Of a stretch of 32,000 nt of DNA, positions 16,168 to 25,310 are shown piece after piece (the first letter of the stretch is position 1; each line of letters starts with the position of its first letter). This DNA is from Halomicronema hongdechloris C2206. Its GTDB lineage: Bacteria; Cyanobacteriota; Cyanobacteriia; Phormidesmidales; Phormidesmidaceae. The stretch spans positions 5,100,001 through 5,132,000 of the forward strand of contig NZ_CP021983.2 in assembly GCF_002075285.3 (NCBI RefSeq), in the 5' to 3' direction. A model generated the notes under the pieces. The model saw nothing but the letters and a program-made list of their open reading frames with translations, had not been told where the DNA came from and ran no database searches. A program made the position numbers and the translations under genes.

Positions 16168-16947
16168 ATGGGCTCCCTCAGCCGCAATCGCATCACCAAG
16201 GCCATCCGGCAAGGTACCAAGCAGGCCCTGACGGCCCAGGGCATTAAGGCCAGTACCCGGCGCGGCAATAAGGAGTTGAGCTTCGTGGTAGATGCCTTGG
16301 GCCAGGCCCCCTTCATTAGCCTGGCCGACGCCCATGCCGTCGGCACCGCCCTAGGGGAAAAAATCGCGGCCCTCTCCCAGAAAATGGGACGCCAGCATCT
16401 GGACCAAGGGGTGATTCGACGGCTGTGGATTCAGAAAGACTTACCCCCAGTGCCGACAGAACCGGCATCTACTCCCCCCGCCAGTAAGGGAACGACTGCC
16501 GCCCCCACTGCGACGAAGGCCCCAGCGGCACCAGCAGCAGCGGTATCAGCTCCCGCCGATGAGCCCGTCGATGAGCCTATCCATGAGCCTGCCGATGAAG
16601 CAGTAGAGCCCTCAGCAGCGGCCAACATGGAGGAAACTGTTCCCGTCCATGAACCAGAGGCAGCACCGGCAGTGGCGGAAGCGGTGGTATCAGCTCCCGT
16701 CGATGAGATAGCGGATAGGCCAGCAGAGGCTGCGGTCACGGAGGGGCCAGAGCAACCTCCAGTAGATGCAGCCCCAGACCCAGACGCCGCAGACGGAGCT
16801 CCTGTCGATGAGGTGGGGGACACCGCAGAGGCTACCGACGCTACCAATTCAGCGGCAATGGACGAGACGGAGAACACTACCACTGACACCACAGCCGATG
16901 ACACCGATGAGAACACAACCTCCTCCCCCAAGTCGTCGAAATCCTAA
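16168..16947 (+). CDS. Hypothetical protein: basic ~95-aa N-terminal domain plus Ala/Pro/Glu/Asp-rich disordered tail
   Basis: A 259-aa ORF with GGGAGA 8 nt upstream of the ATG. The tail contains repeated P(V/A)DE motifs. I recognise no family. Confidence 0.7.
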   Translation: MGSLSRNRITKAIRQGTKQALTAQGIKASTRRGNKELSFVVDALGQAPFISLADAHAVGTALGEKIAALSQKMGRQHLDQGVIRRLWIQKDLPPVPTEPASTPPASKGTTAAPTATKAPAAPAAAVSAPADEPVDEPIHEPADEAVEPSAAANMEETVPVHEPEAAPAVAEAVVSAPVDEIADRPAEAAVTEGPEQPPVDAAPDPDAADGAPVDEVGDTAEATDATNSAAMDETENTTTDTTADDTDENTTSSPKSSKS

Positions 16948-17093
16948 GGGAGTTCATGGGGCTGGGGCACTGTGCCATGACACCTGTGCCTCTATGAGAG
17001 GGCCAGGCGTGACTAGGGCATCATCCCCCTTAAGATTGCCAACTCCCGCTGGGTCTGTCTGAATAGAGATGGGGGAGTTGGCGAGGGAGACAT

Positions 17094-17741
17094 ATGATGG
17101 GAGCGGTGCTATATTTTTTGCGCCATGGGCAAACGGCCTACAGCCTCACCGGGGGTTACTGCGGCACCCCAGAAAATGATCCGGGGCTGACTCCAGAGGG
17201 CATTACCATGGCTCAGGAGTTTGCAGCAGCCTTCTCTCATCTTCCTTGGCAAGCTGCCTATGTCAGCCCGCTACGCCGCGCCATTGAAACGGCTCGTCCC
17301 CTCTGCGAAGCTGCAGGGCTGACCATGCAAGTGCGGGACGGGCTGCGCGAGGTGATGTATGGCCGTTGGGAAGGCATGCATCCCGATGCTGTTGATCAGG
17401 AATACCATGATGAGTTTGTGGCCTGGCTGACCGACCCGGCCTGGTATGCTCCCATCGGTGGCGAGCGAGCGGTGGATATCGCCCGGCGCTCGTCCCAGGT
17501 GTTAGATGAAATCGAGCAGGCGTATTCGCAGGGCAACATTTTGATCGTGGCCCACAAGGCTACGATTCGGATCATGCTCTGCACCCTATTGGGAATTGAC
17601 GTCGGTCGCTATCGCGATCGCATGGATATGCCGGTGGCTGCCGTCAGCATCGTGGAACTGGCCGAGCGAGGACCGATGTTTCATACCCTGGCCGATCGCT
17701 CTTACCTCAATGACGCCCTGCGCGCCCTACCCAGTACCTGA
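17094..17741 (+). CDS. Histidine phosphatase family protein (phosphoglycerate-mutase-like), catalytic residues intact
   Basis: YFLRHGQT (RHG motif), SPLRRAIETA, GRWEG and VAHKATIR are present. Confidence 0.88.
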   Translation: MMGAVLYFLRHGQTAYSLTGGYCGTPENDPGLTPEGITMAQEFAAAFSHLPWQAAYVSPLRRAIETARPLCEAAGLTMQVRDGLREVMYGRWEGMHPDAVDQEYHDEFVAWLTDPAWYAPIGGERAVDIARRSSQVLDEIEQAYSQGNILIVAHKATIRIMLCTLLGIDVGRYRDRMDMPVAAVSIVELAERGPMFHTLADRSYLNDALRALPST

Positions 17742-17750
17742 CGAGACCCC

Positions 17751-18404
17751 ATGGTTCTAAGAATCTATTTGCTACGTAACGGGGAAACCTATTTCTGTCG
17801 GACCGGGCGCTATTGTAGTTGCGATGGGGTGCCCCTGACAGATCGAGGCCAACAAATGGCCGATTACTTTGCCAAGGCCTATCAGGATCTCGACTGGAAA
17901 GCAGTCCTGGCAAGTCCGCTGAATCATGCGATCGCAACGGCCCAGCCCCTGGGGCTGTCCCTAGATACCCGCCCCGCCCTGCGAGAACTCTCCTTTGGCC
18001 AATGGGAAGGGCTATCCCCAGAAGAGGTTAACACCACCTTCCACGATGACTACATTCGTTGGCTAGCTGATCCCGCCTGGAATGCCCCCACCGGTGGCGA
18101 AAAAGGTATTCGAGTGGCCCGTCGCAGCTCCGCCGTCCTCGATGAGATCGAAGAAACCTACCCCGATGGCAATGTTCTGGTCGTCTCCCACAAAGCCACT
18201 CTGCGCATCATGCTCTGCACCCTGCTAGGCGTAGACGTGGGCCGCTACCGCGATCGCCTAGCCATGCCAGAAGCCGCCATTACCATCATTGAATTGGCCC
18301 AATACGGTCCTTTTATCAAAGCCCTCAACGATTGCAACCATCTGCCCCAGCATCTGCGTCCCCCCCTGCCAGGGGCCCCCATCTCCACAGGAAATCGGTA
18401 TTAA
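17751..18404 (+). CDS. Histidine phosphatase family paralog lacking the nucleophilic His (RHG to RNG), a probable pseudoenzyme
   Basis: It aligns collinearly with the upstream paralog (DPAW.AP.GGE...ARRSS.VLDEIE...HKAT.RIMLCTLLG.DVGRYRDR). However it reads YLLRNGET and SPLNHAIATA where the paralog has RHG and SPLRRA. Confidence 0.85.
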   Translation: MVLRIYLLRNGETYFCRTGRYCSCDGVPLTDRGQQMADYFAKAYQDLDWKAVLASPLNHAIATAQPLGLSLDTRPALRELSFGQWEGLSPEEVNTTFHDDYIRWLADPAWNAPTGGEKGIRVARRSSAVLDEIEETYPDGNVLVVSHKATLRIMLCTLLGVDVGRYRDRLAMPEAAITIIELAQYGPFIKALNDCNHLPQHLRPPLPGAPISTGNRY

Positions 18405-18919
18405 CGCCGTTGCCAATAGGTCTGCTCATCCAGCACGTCCTGAGGCTGCTTGACCCGATCGAGAAATACCTTGCCCTGCAGATGATCCACCTCATGTTGC
18501 ACGATGCGGGCCACGAAGTCACTAAATTCCCGCTGCTGCTCTCGCCCCCACCGATCCAAATAGGCCACCTCCACTTGGCGATAGCGCCAGACCACCCCTC
18601 GTCTCCCCGGTACACTTAAGCAGCCCTCCCAGCCACTGACCACCTCATCAGAGTGAGCTACAATCTGGGGATTGATCAGGGCCATAGGCTTCATCGCAGG
18701 CGCCTCCGGATAGCGGGGATTGGGATGGGACGCAATAATCACCACCTGGCACGACTCCCCTACCTGCGGCGCAGCAATCCCCACTCCATGGGTAGCCGTG
18801 GTCGTGGTCAGCAGATCATCGATCAGTCTCTGAATCTGCGGTGCCTCTACATGGTCCACTGGGGCAGCCACTTGGCGGAGGCAGGGATGACCTAGTTGCA
18901 GAATGGTCGATGGGCTCAT
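18401..18919 (-). CDS. def: Peptide deformylase
   Basis: All three deformylase motifs are present: GVGIAAPQVG, EGCLSVPG and QHEVDHLQG. Confidence 0.93.
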   Translation of the reverse strand: MSPSTILQLGHPCLRQVAAPVDHVEAPQIQRLIDDLLTTTTATHGVGIAAPQVGESCQVVIIASHPNPRYPEAPAMKPMALINPQIVAHSDEVVSGWEGCLSVPGRRGVVWRYRQVEVAYLDRWGREQQREFSDFVARIVQHEVDHLQGKVFLDRVKQPQDVLDEQTYWQRR

Positions 18920-18930
18920 CAGTAGACATC

Positions 18931-20169
18931 CTAATCTCGTCGGATCGGCAACGGTGCTGGTCGCACAGAAATAGTCAGCGTACGGCCATTGCGATTAATC
19001 ACAATACTCAGCGGCTCGCCAATATTGCTCTCCTGTACCCGTTGCTGCACTCCATCGGCCTCTGCTATCTCAGTCTCACCAATGCGCTGAATCACATCCC
19101 CGGGACGCAGACCAGCGCGATCTGCCGGCGAGTTCGGCACCACTCGCAGGACAACTACCCCTTGATCCACCCGAATCTGAATGCCATTGTCCGGATCTCG
19201 ATTGATCACTTGCCGCAGTTCTGGCGTCAGGGTGCGCATTTGGATGCCAATATAAGGGTGATCCACACGGCCACGGGCGATGAGCTCTGCAGAAATCTCC
19301 CGAGCCGTATTGATGGGGATGGCAAAGCCTAGTCCCTGGGCCCCCCCGATGATGGCGGTGTTCATACCAATCACATAGCCCCGCTCATCTAGCAAAGGGC
19401 CGCCAGAGTTTCCGGGATTAATGGCCGCATCGGTTTGAATAAAACTGACCCGTTTATCGGGAACCCGTACCTGGGAACTGCTGCGACCAGTAGCACTAAT
19501 GATCCCAGCGGTCACCGTATTGTCGAGTCCCAGGGGATTGCCGATGGCAATGGCCCACTGACCAGGACGCAGTTGCTCAGAATCGCCGAAGGTAACTGTG
19601 GGCAGATCCTTCGCATCCACGCGCACGACCGCCACATCAGTCACCGGATCTTCGCCCACTACTTGCCCCTGCAGTTCACGGCCATCCTTAAGGGTGACGA
19701 TGACTTGGTCAGCCTCCGCGACCACATGGGCATTAGTCAAAATCACGCCGTCGGGATCGATCACAAACCCCGATCCCGTCCCCCGCTCCACTCGAGTCCG
19801 AGGCTCGGTGGGAACGCCAAAATCTCCGAAGAAATCTCGGAAAAATGGATCACTGAAAATACTAGGAACTCGTTGCACTACCGTGCGGGCTGAGTCAATC
19901 CGCACCACCGCTGCCCCTACTCGTTCCACAGCCTCAGCAATGAAGTTATTGGGAACCTGCTCGACCAGCCGTTGAGTCCCCGTAGGGGCCTGGCTCACCA
20001 AAGAGGCCTCCACGGCAACTGCTTTATTAACCAGGGGATACCTCACCATCACTGCAGCAATAATCACTAAGGCAATCAGCCCATAGGCAATGGCTGGCAG
20101 TCCAGGCAACCGAGACCGTAGCCAGGAACGAGGAGATCGGTTTACATCGCGAATATTGGGATCGCTCAT
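18931..20169 (-). CDS. HtrA/DegP-family serine protease with PDZ domain (HhoA/HhoB/HtrA type)
   Basis: An N-terminal TM anchor, the catalytic motifs TNAHVV and GNSGGPL, and a C-terminal PDZ-like segment (GLRPGDVIQRIGETEI). Confidence 0.92.
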   Translation of the reverse strand: MSDPNIRDVNRSPRSWLRSRLPGLPAIAYGLIALVIIAAVMVRYPLVNKAVAVEASLVSQAPTGTQRLVEQVPNNFIAEAVERVGAAVVRIDSARTVVQRVPSIFSDPFFRDFFGDFGVPTEPRTRVERGTGSGFVIDPDGVILTNAHVVAEADQVIVTLKDGRELQGQVVGEDPVTDVAVVRVDAKDLPTVTFGDSEQLRPGQWAIAIGNPLGLDNTVTAGIISATGRSSSQVRVPDKRVSFIQTDAAINPGNSGGPLLDERGYVIGMNTAIIGGAQGLGFAIPINTAREISAELIARGRVDHPYIGIQMRTLTPELRQVINRDPDNGIQIRVDQGVVVLRVVPNSPADRAGLRPGDVIQRIGETEIAEADGVQQRVQESNIGEPLSIVINRNGRTLTISVRPAPLPIRRD

Positions 20170-20843
20170 GGGCCTTATCTAAATGCAGATAGGGTAGTCT
20201 ACAGGGGAGTAAATAGCTGCAGGGAAATCACTAGAGCGGCGTCTTGCAACCCAAGGGAGCATCCGGCCGATAATTGCCCTTTCCTTCAGGCAGTTGCCCT
20301 ATTTACAGCATAGGCTGCAGCAGCACGCTTAGGCGATTCAGGATTGGCCGACAACAGTTGTTCAGATTGCCGCACTAGTCCCGTCCAAACCCCATGATCA
20401 GCAAATCTGAGGAAATCCATCTATTTGGATCTCAGGACTGGCAAGAACCGCCTCAAGTTCCCTGCCTGCAGGCGATGGCATCCTCGCGCAGCCTATGTCC
20501 AGCTATTCTATGCCAGCAAGTCGTCGGGTAGGATAGTAGATCCTGAGGCCAGGAATTGGTGACGGGATTGGGCAGTTGTGCGGGCAGGGGTTCGCTAGCA
20601 GCTTGCCGGACTGGATGGACGACCTCGGCTGGGACAGGATAGCTGCAATGGCCACGAGGAGCCAGTCTCTGACCATGGCGCCGATCCCTCTCAGACACTA
20701 GATGCAGAAACGGCACTGCCTTTCGACAGCATATCTAGTACCCTAGTAAGTCCCTAGGTGATAGTAGTAGGGGCAACCCATAACGGCTCCGGAAGCCCAT
20801 CGGGGTAAGGCTGAGAAGATCTGTAACGTCGCGGAGGTTCGCT

Positions 20844-22226
20844 GTGGAGAAGGCGCTGGATGGGCTCTGGGAAGAGGTTTTGGCTAAGCTACAGCTACAG
20901 CTCAGCCGTCCTACGTTCGAAACCTGGATCAAACCAGCTAAAGCGCAAACCCTGACGGAGCAAGAGCTTGTTATCGCGACGCCGAACCCTTTCGCCCGTA
21001 ACTGGCTCCAGAAACACTATGTGGGCACCATCGGCAGTGTAGTCCAGGAGATTCTAGGGCATCCCGTGGCGATTCAAGTCACCGTGAATGCAGAGGCCAA
21101 CACCGAGGGCGACCCCTTGCCAGCTGCTAACCTGACCTGGCCCACGCCCTCATCTGTGCCCCGGGCCCCTGAACCGACCCAGGCCGGTGGCCGTCCCCGA
21201 GCCAGTGAACTCAATCCTAAAGCGGTATTTTCCCGCTTTGTCGTCGGGGCCAACAACCGCATGGCCCATGCCGCTTCCTTGGCAGTGGCCGAGTCCCCGG
21301 GTCGTGAATTTAATCCGTTGTTTCTATGCGGGGGCGTCGGCCTTGGCAAAACCCACCTGATGCAAGCCATCGGCCACTATCGCCTAGAAATCGATGGCAA
21401 TGCTCGGGTGTCCTACGTGTCCACCGAGCAATTCACCAATGATTTGATTACGGCCATCCGCAAAGACAGCATGCAGACCTTTCGAGAACACTATCGAGTG
21501 GTCGATATTCTGCTGGTAGACGATATTCAATTCATTGAAGGTAAGGAATACACCCAAGAAGAATTCTTCCACACCTTCAATACACTGCATGAGGCCGGCA
21601 AGCAAATTGTATTGGCATCAGACCGCCCGCCTAATCACATTCCTCGCCTGCAAGAACGCCTGTGCTCTCGGTTTTCTATGGGGCTAATTGCCGACATTCA
21701 ACCGCCCGATTTTGAGACGCGTATGGCCATCTTGCAGAAGAAGGCTGAATACGAGAATGTACGCCTGCCACGCCAGGTGATTGAGTATATCGCCTCTGTC
21801 TATACTTCCAATATCCGTGAATTAGAGGGGGCCTTGATTCGGGCCATTGCCTATACCTCTATCTCGGGGCTGCCCATGACCGTCGAAAACCTGGGCCCGG
21901 TATTAAATCCGCCGGCGGAGACCATGGAAGCCTCCCCGAGTTCTGTGATTGCAGCCGTCGCCGAGACATTTGGGATCTCCATTGACGATTTGAAGGGTAA
22001 CTCCCGTCGTCGCGAAATCAGCCAGGCGCGTCAAGTCGGCATGTATCTAATGCGGCAACATACTGACCTGAGCCTGCCCAAGATTGGCGAAGAATTTGGC
22101 GGCAAAGATCACACCACGGTGATGTACAGCTGTGACAAGATCACCCAGGCACTGAAGCGGGACCCCAAGTTGTCTCAGACGGTTCGTGACATTAGCGATC
22201 GCATCAACCTGACTGGCCAATCCTGA
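20844..22226 (+). CDS. dnaA: Chromosomal replication initiator protein DnaA
   Basis: [12 protein letters not shown] at the N-terminus, Walker [11 protein letters not shown], Walker B LLVDDIQF, and the C-terminal DNA-binding helix region [15 protein letters not shown]. The ORF starts with GTG. Confidence 0.97.
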   Translation: MEKALDGLWEEVLAKLQLQLSRPTFETWIKPAKAQTLTEQELVIATPNPFARNWLQKHYVGTIGSVVQEILGHPVAIQVTVNAEANTEGDPLPAANLTWPTPSSVPRAPEPTQAGGRPRASELNPKAVFSRFVVGANNRMAHAASLAVAESPGREFNPLFLCGGVGLGKTHLMQAIGHYRLEIDGNARVSYVSTEQFTNDLITAIRKDSMQTFREHYRVVDILLVDDIQFIEGKEYTQEEFFHTFNTLHEAGKQIVLASDRPPNHIPRLQERLCSRFSMGLIADIQPPDFETRMAILQKKAEYENVRLPRQVIEYIASVYTSNIRELEGALIRAIAYTSISGLPMTVENLGPVLNPPAETMEASPSSVIAAVAETFGISIDDLKGNSRRREISQARQVGMYLMRQHTDLSLPKIGEEFGGKDHTTVMYSCDKITQALKRDPKLSQTVRDISDRINLTGQS

Positions 22227-22339
22227 GCCACTCTGGAATGCAACCAAGAGAGCACTGGCCGGAGATCAGCGTTAATCTCCGACCGCCTAGTCCCATGCGC
22301 GAGGCTAGGCAGCTATCTATGTGACGGTTTGCAACTATT

Positions 22340-22550
22340 TCCCCTAAAACTCTGTGGAAAACTTGGAAAAACTTGTGGAAAACTCGTGTACTAGTGGGGA
22401 ATAAGAGGCTCTATCTGTGGAACCATAAAGCCCACCTGCCAAGGTTGTGGAATTCTTGTGGGAGTTTCCTCAGGTTTTCCACAGGACTGTGAACCTAGAA
22501 ACCGTCACCGCACCACTGATCCCTAGGTTTTCCCCAGTTTCCCCAGTCCC
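22340..22550. other. oriC: cluster of DnaA boxes (cyanobacterial consensus TTTTCCACA)
   Basis: Perfect boxes are at 22353-22361 and 22374-22382 (TGTGGAAAA) and at 22475-22483 (TTTTCCACA). Imperfect boxes are at 22416-22424, 22446-22454, 22457-22465, 22528-22536 and 22537-22545. A short AT-rich patch lies at 22568-22579. Confidence 0.8.
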
Positions 22551-22790
22551 TACTACTACGACTAAGGAATTTAAATATAGATCCAGAAGGTAGTCCCCAT
22601 CACAAGAACCAGAGAAGAATTGAAGCCCGAATGGCAGAGTGATACGATTGGCTTCCAGACCAGTTGGACCACATTGGCTCCAGGACAGTTGGCCTCCCAA
22701 TTAAGCCACCCCCAATGCCAACATGACCTTTGTCAGACATCCGCCCCCACTTATTTATCCTGATCCAGCGAGGTTCTCTAGGCCACCTCT

Positions 22791-23936
22791 ATGAAATTCA
22801 CCTGTTCCCAGAGCGAACTCAATTCTCAGCTATCCCTTGTTAGTCGAGCGATTCCCTCGCGTCCCAGTCGGCCTATCCTAGGCAACATCCTGATTACTGC
22901 TGACAGTGAATCCCAGCAGCTTACCCTCGTAGGGTTTGACGAAACCTTAGGGGTAGAAACGACTTTTACCGCTCAAGTAGAGACAGACGGGCGTTTAACC
23001 CTGCCTGCTCGCCTGTTAGGGGACATTGTGTCACGATTACCTGCTGAAGACATTCAACTGCAAGTCAATGAAGATGAAACTACAGTGACTCTGGTGTCTA
23101 CCTCAGGTGAATATCAAGTTCGTGGTCTCAGTGCTGATGATTATCCACAATTACCGACGGTAGCTGATGGCCAAAGTACCCAGGTTTCGGCCGAAACGCT
23201 ATTGGCTGGACTGCAGGGGTCCCTATTTTCGACCAGTGCCGATGAGACCAAGCAAGTATTGACTGGGGTCCATGTGGTGGCTGATGAAACCGGCCTAGAA
23301 TTTGCGGCAACTGATGGTCACCGCTTGGCCGTTGTCAACATCGAAGACACCGTTGGGGAAACCAAGCATGGAGATGACTCGGTAGCCTTAAAGGTGACGC
23401 TACCAGCCAAGGCATTGCGGGAACTGGAGCGGATAGTGCAGCTCTACGCCACCAGTGAGCCAGTCACTGTTCGCTTCGACCATACCCAAGCCATGTTTGA
23501 GCTGGGGCAACAGCGCCTCACCACTCGATTGCTGGAGGGACAGTACCCTAACTACCGGCAGCTAATCCCCAAACAATTTGCGCGTCAGGTGACCGTAGAT
23601 CGGCGTCTGTTGCTCTCTGCCCTAGAGCGGATTGCCGTGTTAGCTGACCAGAAGAACCATATTATTAAGCTAACCATGGCTAGTGGGGCTCAAACTGTGG
23701 CCATGTCTGTAGAAGCCCAAGAGGTGGGCAGTGGGCGTGAGGTCTTAGCGGCTCAGGTCAGCGGCGAGGACATGGATATCGCCTTCAATGTGCGCTATCT
23801 GCTGGATGGTCTCAAGGCCTTGACCACCAGCGAAGTGCAGATGCAGTGCAACTCCCCCACCAGCCCTTCAATTTTGACTCCTCTAGGCGAGTTGAAGATG
23901 ACGTATCTGGTAATGCCAGTTCAAATTCGTAGCTAG
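22791..23936 (+). CDS. dnaN: DNA polymerase III subunit beta (sliding clamp)
   Basis: A 381-aa protein with the typical N-terminus MKF.C....L...L..V.RAIPSRPS.PIL.NILI and a three-domain length. Confidence 0.95.
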   Translation: MKFTCSQSELNSQLSLVSRAIPSRPSRPILGNILITADSESQQLTLVGFDETLGVETTFTAQVETDGRLTLPARLLGDIVSRLPAEDIQLQVNEDETTVTLVSTSGEYQVRGLSADDYPQLPTVADGQSTQVSAETLLAGLQGSLFSTSADETKQVLTGVHVVADETGLEFAATDGHRLAVVNIEDTVGETKHGDDSVALKVTLPAKALRELERIVQLYATSEPVTVRFDHTQAMFELGQQRLTTRLLEGQYPNYRQLIPKQFARQVTVDRRLLLSALERIAVLADQKNHIIKLTMASGAQTVAMSVEAQEVGSGREVLAAQVSGEDMDIAFNVRYLLDGLKALTTSEVQMQCNSPTSPSILTPLGELKMTYLVMPVQIRS

Positions 23937-25077
23937 TCGTCGCGTCGACTAGATAGTTAATCCCCGCTCTATAGTCACAGTTACAAGAGCTATTCCCTTC
24001 TCTATCGATGAGGTGGAATGGAAGTTGATACTCCGAGAGTATGGAGGTTACTCGTTCGACAAAGTTAGGCAGCATGAAAGTTGTGCCTGAAAGGTTTATG
24101 GATATGGGGAAGACGTTGAGTCCGCGCCTCATCCAAGCTGTCAACTGGCTGCAAACGCTTTTCAGGATGCCTTCGTCTAGCAATGGCATAAAATCAATTT
24201 TCTGTGCGGCTTCCAAGATCTCTAGTGGTGAGATGGGGCCTAGTTGATCGTCGGTCCAGCGCATGAGGGCTTCTGCACCAATGATTTGGCTATTCCTGAC
24301 GCTAATCTTAGGTTGAAAGAAGACTTGAATATTCTTGTCGTTGAGCGCCGGTTCAAGGATGGCAGCGATGCCATAACAGCGGATCATCCTGTCGTGTAGT
24401 TCTGAGCGAAAAACACTGGTGACGACTCCAGAAGACGTCACTGGAATATCATCAATGGCAAGTTGTGCCCGGCGTATCGAGTCATCGATAGAATCATCTG
24501 CCGGTGCAAACAAGGTTAGTCCAATGTTGATCGGCGTCGAAATCACATTGGTGCTAGTTTGCACCCGGTTACCAATGGTGGAACTGAGCTCATCAGCCAG
24601 CTTTTCAAGGGTGTCGTTGGGACCGGAGAGGTCGACTAGCCCTACGAACCGGTGGGGTAAGTCGCGTCCCAGTAAAAATCTGCGCTTGGAGATGGTCAGC
24701 CGTATCCGACGGGCGATTTCCAACAGCAGCTCACTGCCAACAGCACCACCGAACGTTCGGTTGATATTCTGCAACTTGGGTACATCGCAGATAAAATTGG
24801 CGACAAAACCACCGTTATTGATGAGCAGGAGTTGGTTGGCGGCTGAGCGAAAGTCACCGGCATTCATGGCCATTGATGGCAAGTCAGCTGATGACACCTG
24901 ACTGGTCAGATTCAACCAGGCCGTATCAGCTGCGCGGCGATAAAGTTCGTACTTTACGATCTCGGCGAAATCCTGCAGGCAGGCAACGATGTTGCCGCCG
25001 ATTTCCCGGGGGGCGTAATCAATGGCACATAACGTCCCTAAGGGAAGTTGCTGGGGCGATCGCAATAAGACCCCCAC
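23812..25077 (-). CDS. Truncated signalling protein: GAF C-terminal fragment, degenerate GGDEF and the N-terminal half of an EAL domain (probable gene remnant or pseudogene)
   Basis: LPLGTLCAIDYAPREI resembles the end of a GAF domain. DVPKLQNINRTFGGAVGSELL aligns with the GGDEF-domain core, but the GGDEF signature itself is lost. FFQPKISVRNSQIIGAEALMRW is an EAL start, but the ORF lacks everything after the expected LEITE position. The last ~41 codons merely read through the antisense of the dnaN 3' end (23812-23936). Confidence 0.6.
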   Translation of the reverse strand: MGVLLRSPQQLPLGTLCAIDYAPREIGGNIVACLQDFAEIVKYELYRRAADTAWLNLTSQVSSADLPSMAMNAGDFRSAANQLLLINNGGFVANFICDVPKLQNINRTFGGAVGSELLLEIARRIRLTISKRRFLLGRDLPHRFVGLVDLSGPNDTLEKLADELSSTIGNRVQTSTNVISTPINIGLTLFAPADDSIDDSIRRAQLAIDDIPVTSSGVVTSVFRSELHDRMIRCYGIAAILEPALNDKNIQVFFQPKISVRNSQIIGAEALMRWTDDQLGPISPLEILEAAQKIDFMPLLDEGILKSVCSQLTAWMRRGLNVFPISINLSGTTFMLPNFVERVTSILSEYQLPFHLIDREGNSSCNCDYRAGINYLVDATTSYEFELALPDTSSSTRLEESKLKGWWGSCTASALRWWSRP

Positions 25078-25310
25078 ATAGCATCATGGAGCTTAAATGT
25101 CATCAGATAGGCTGATACAGATTCCATCCCTAGGAGTGAGGTAGCTGATGGCCGCTATTCGATACAACGGTACTAGGCGGAGTCCAGTTTAGGATCCAGC
25201 ATTCCCTCCAGGAAACGTCTCACCTCTAAGCTGGCGTACGCCGAGTCAACAAGGCTGCTGTGTAAGTGGTGGTCTCTCAATCAATCGTGCCTACATTCGA
25301 GGATTCTCAG

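Noticed and set aside
16431-16931. The 166-aa Ser/Ala/Gly-rich ORF on the minus strand
   Set aside because: It is the mirror image of the low-complexity acidic tail of the 16168..16947 gene. The plus-strand ORF has a proper RBS and a non-repetitive N-terminal domain.
20170-20843. A housekeeping ncRNA (RNase P RNA, tmRNA, SRP RNA, 6S RNA) or tRNA in the large spacers of the window
   Set aside because: I found no match to the conserved cores I can recall (e.g. GAGGAAAGUCCGGGC for RNase P RNA, the GGGGCUG... tmRNA 5' end, the SRP GGAAGCAGCC domain IV, or a tRNA T-loop GGTTCGAATCC context). 6S RNA cannot be excluded without a covariance-model search.
22470-22700. The 76-aa ORF in the dnaA-dnaN spacer
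   Set aside because: It overlaps the DnaA-box cluster and has no RBS or recognisable motif. The region is better explained as oriC.
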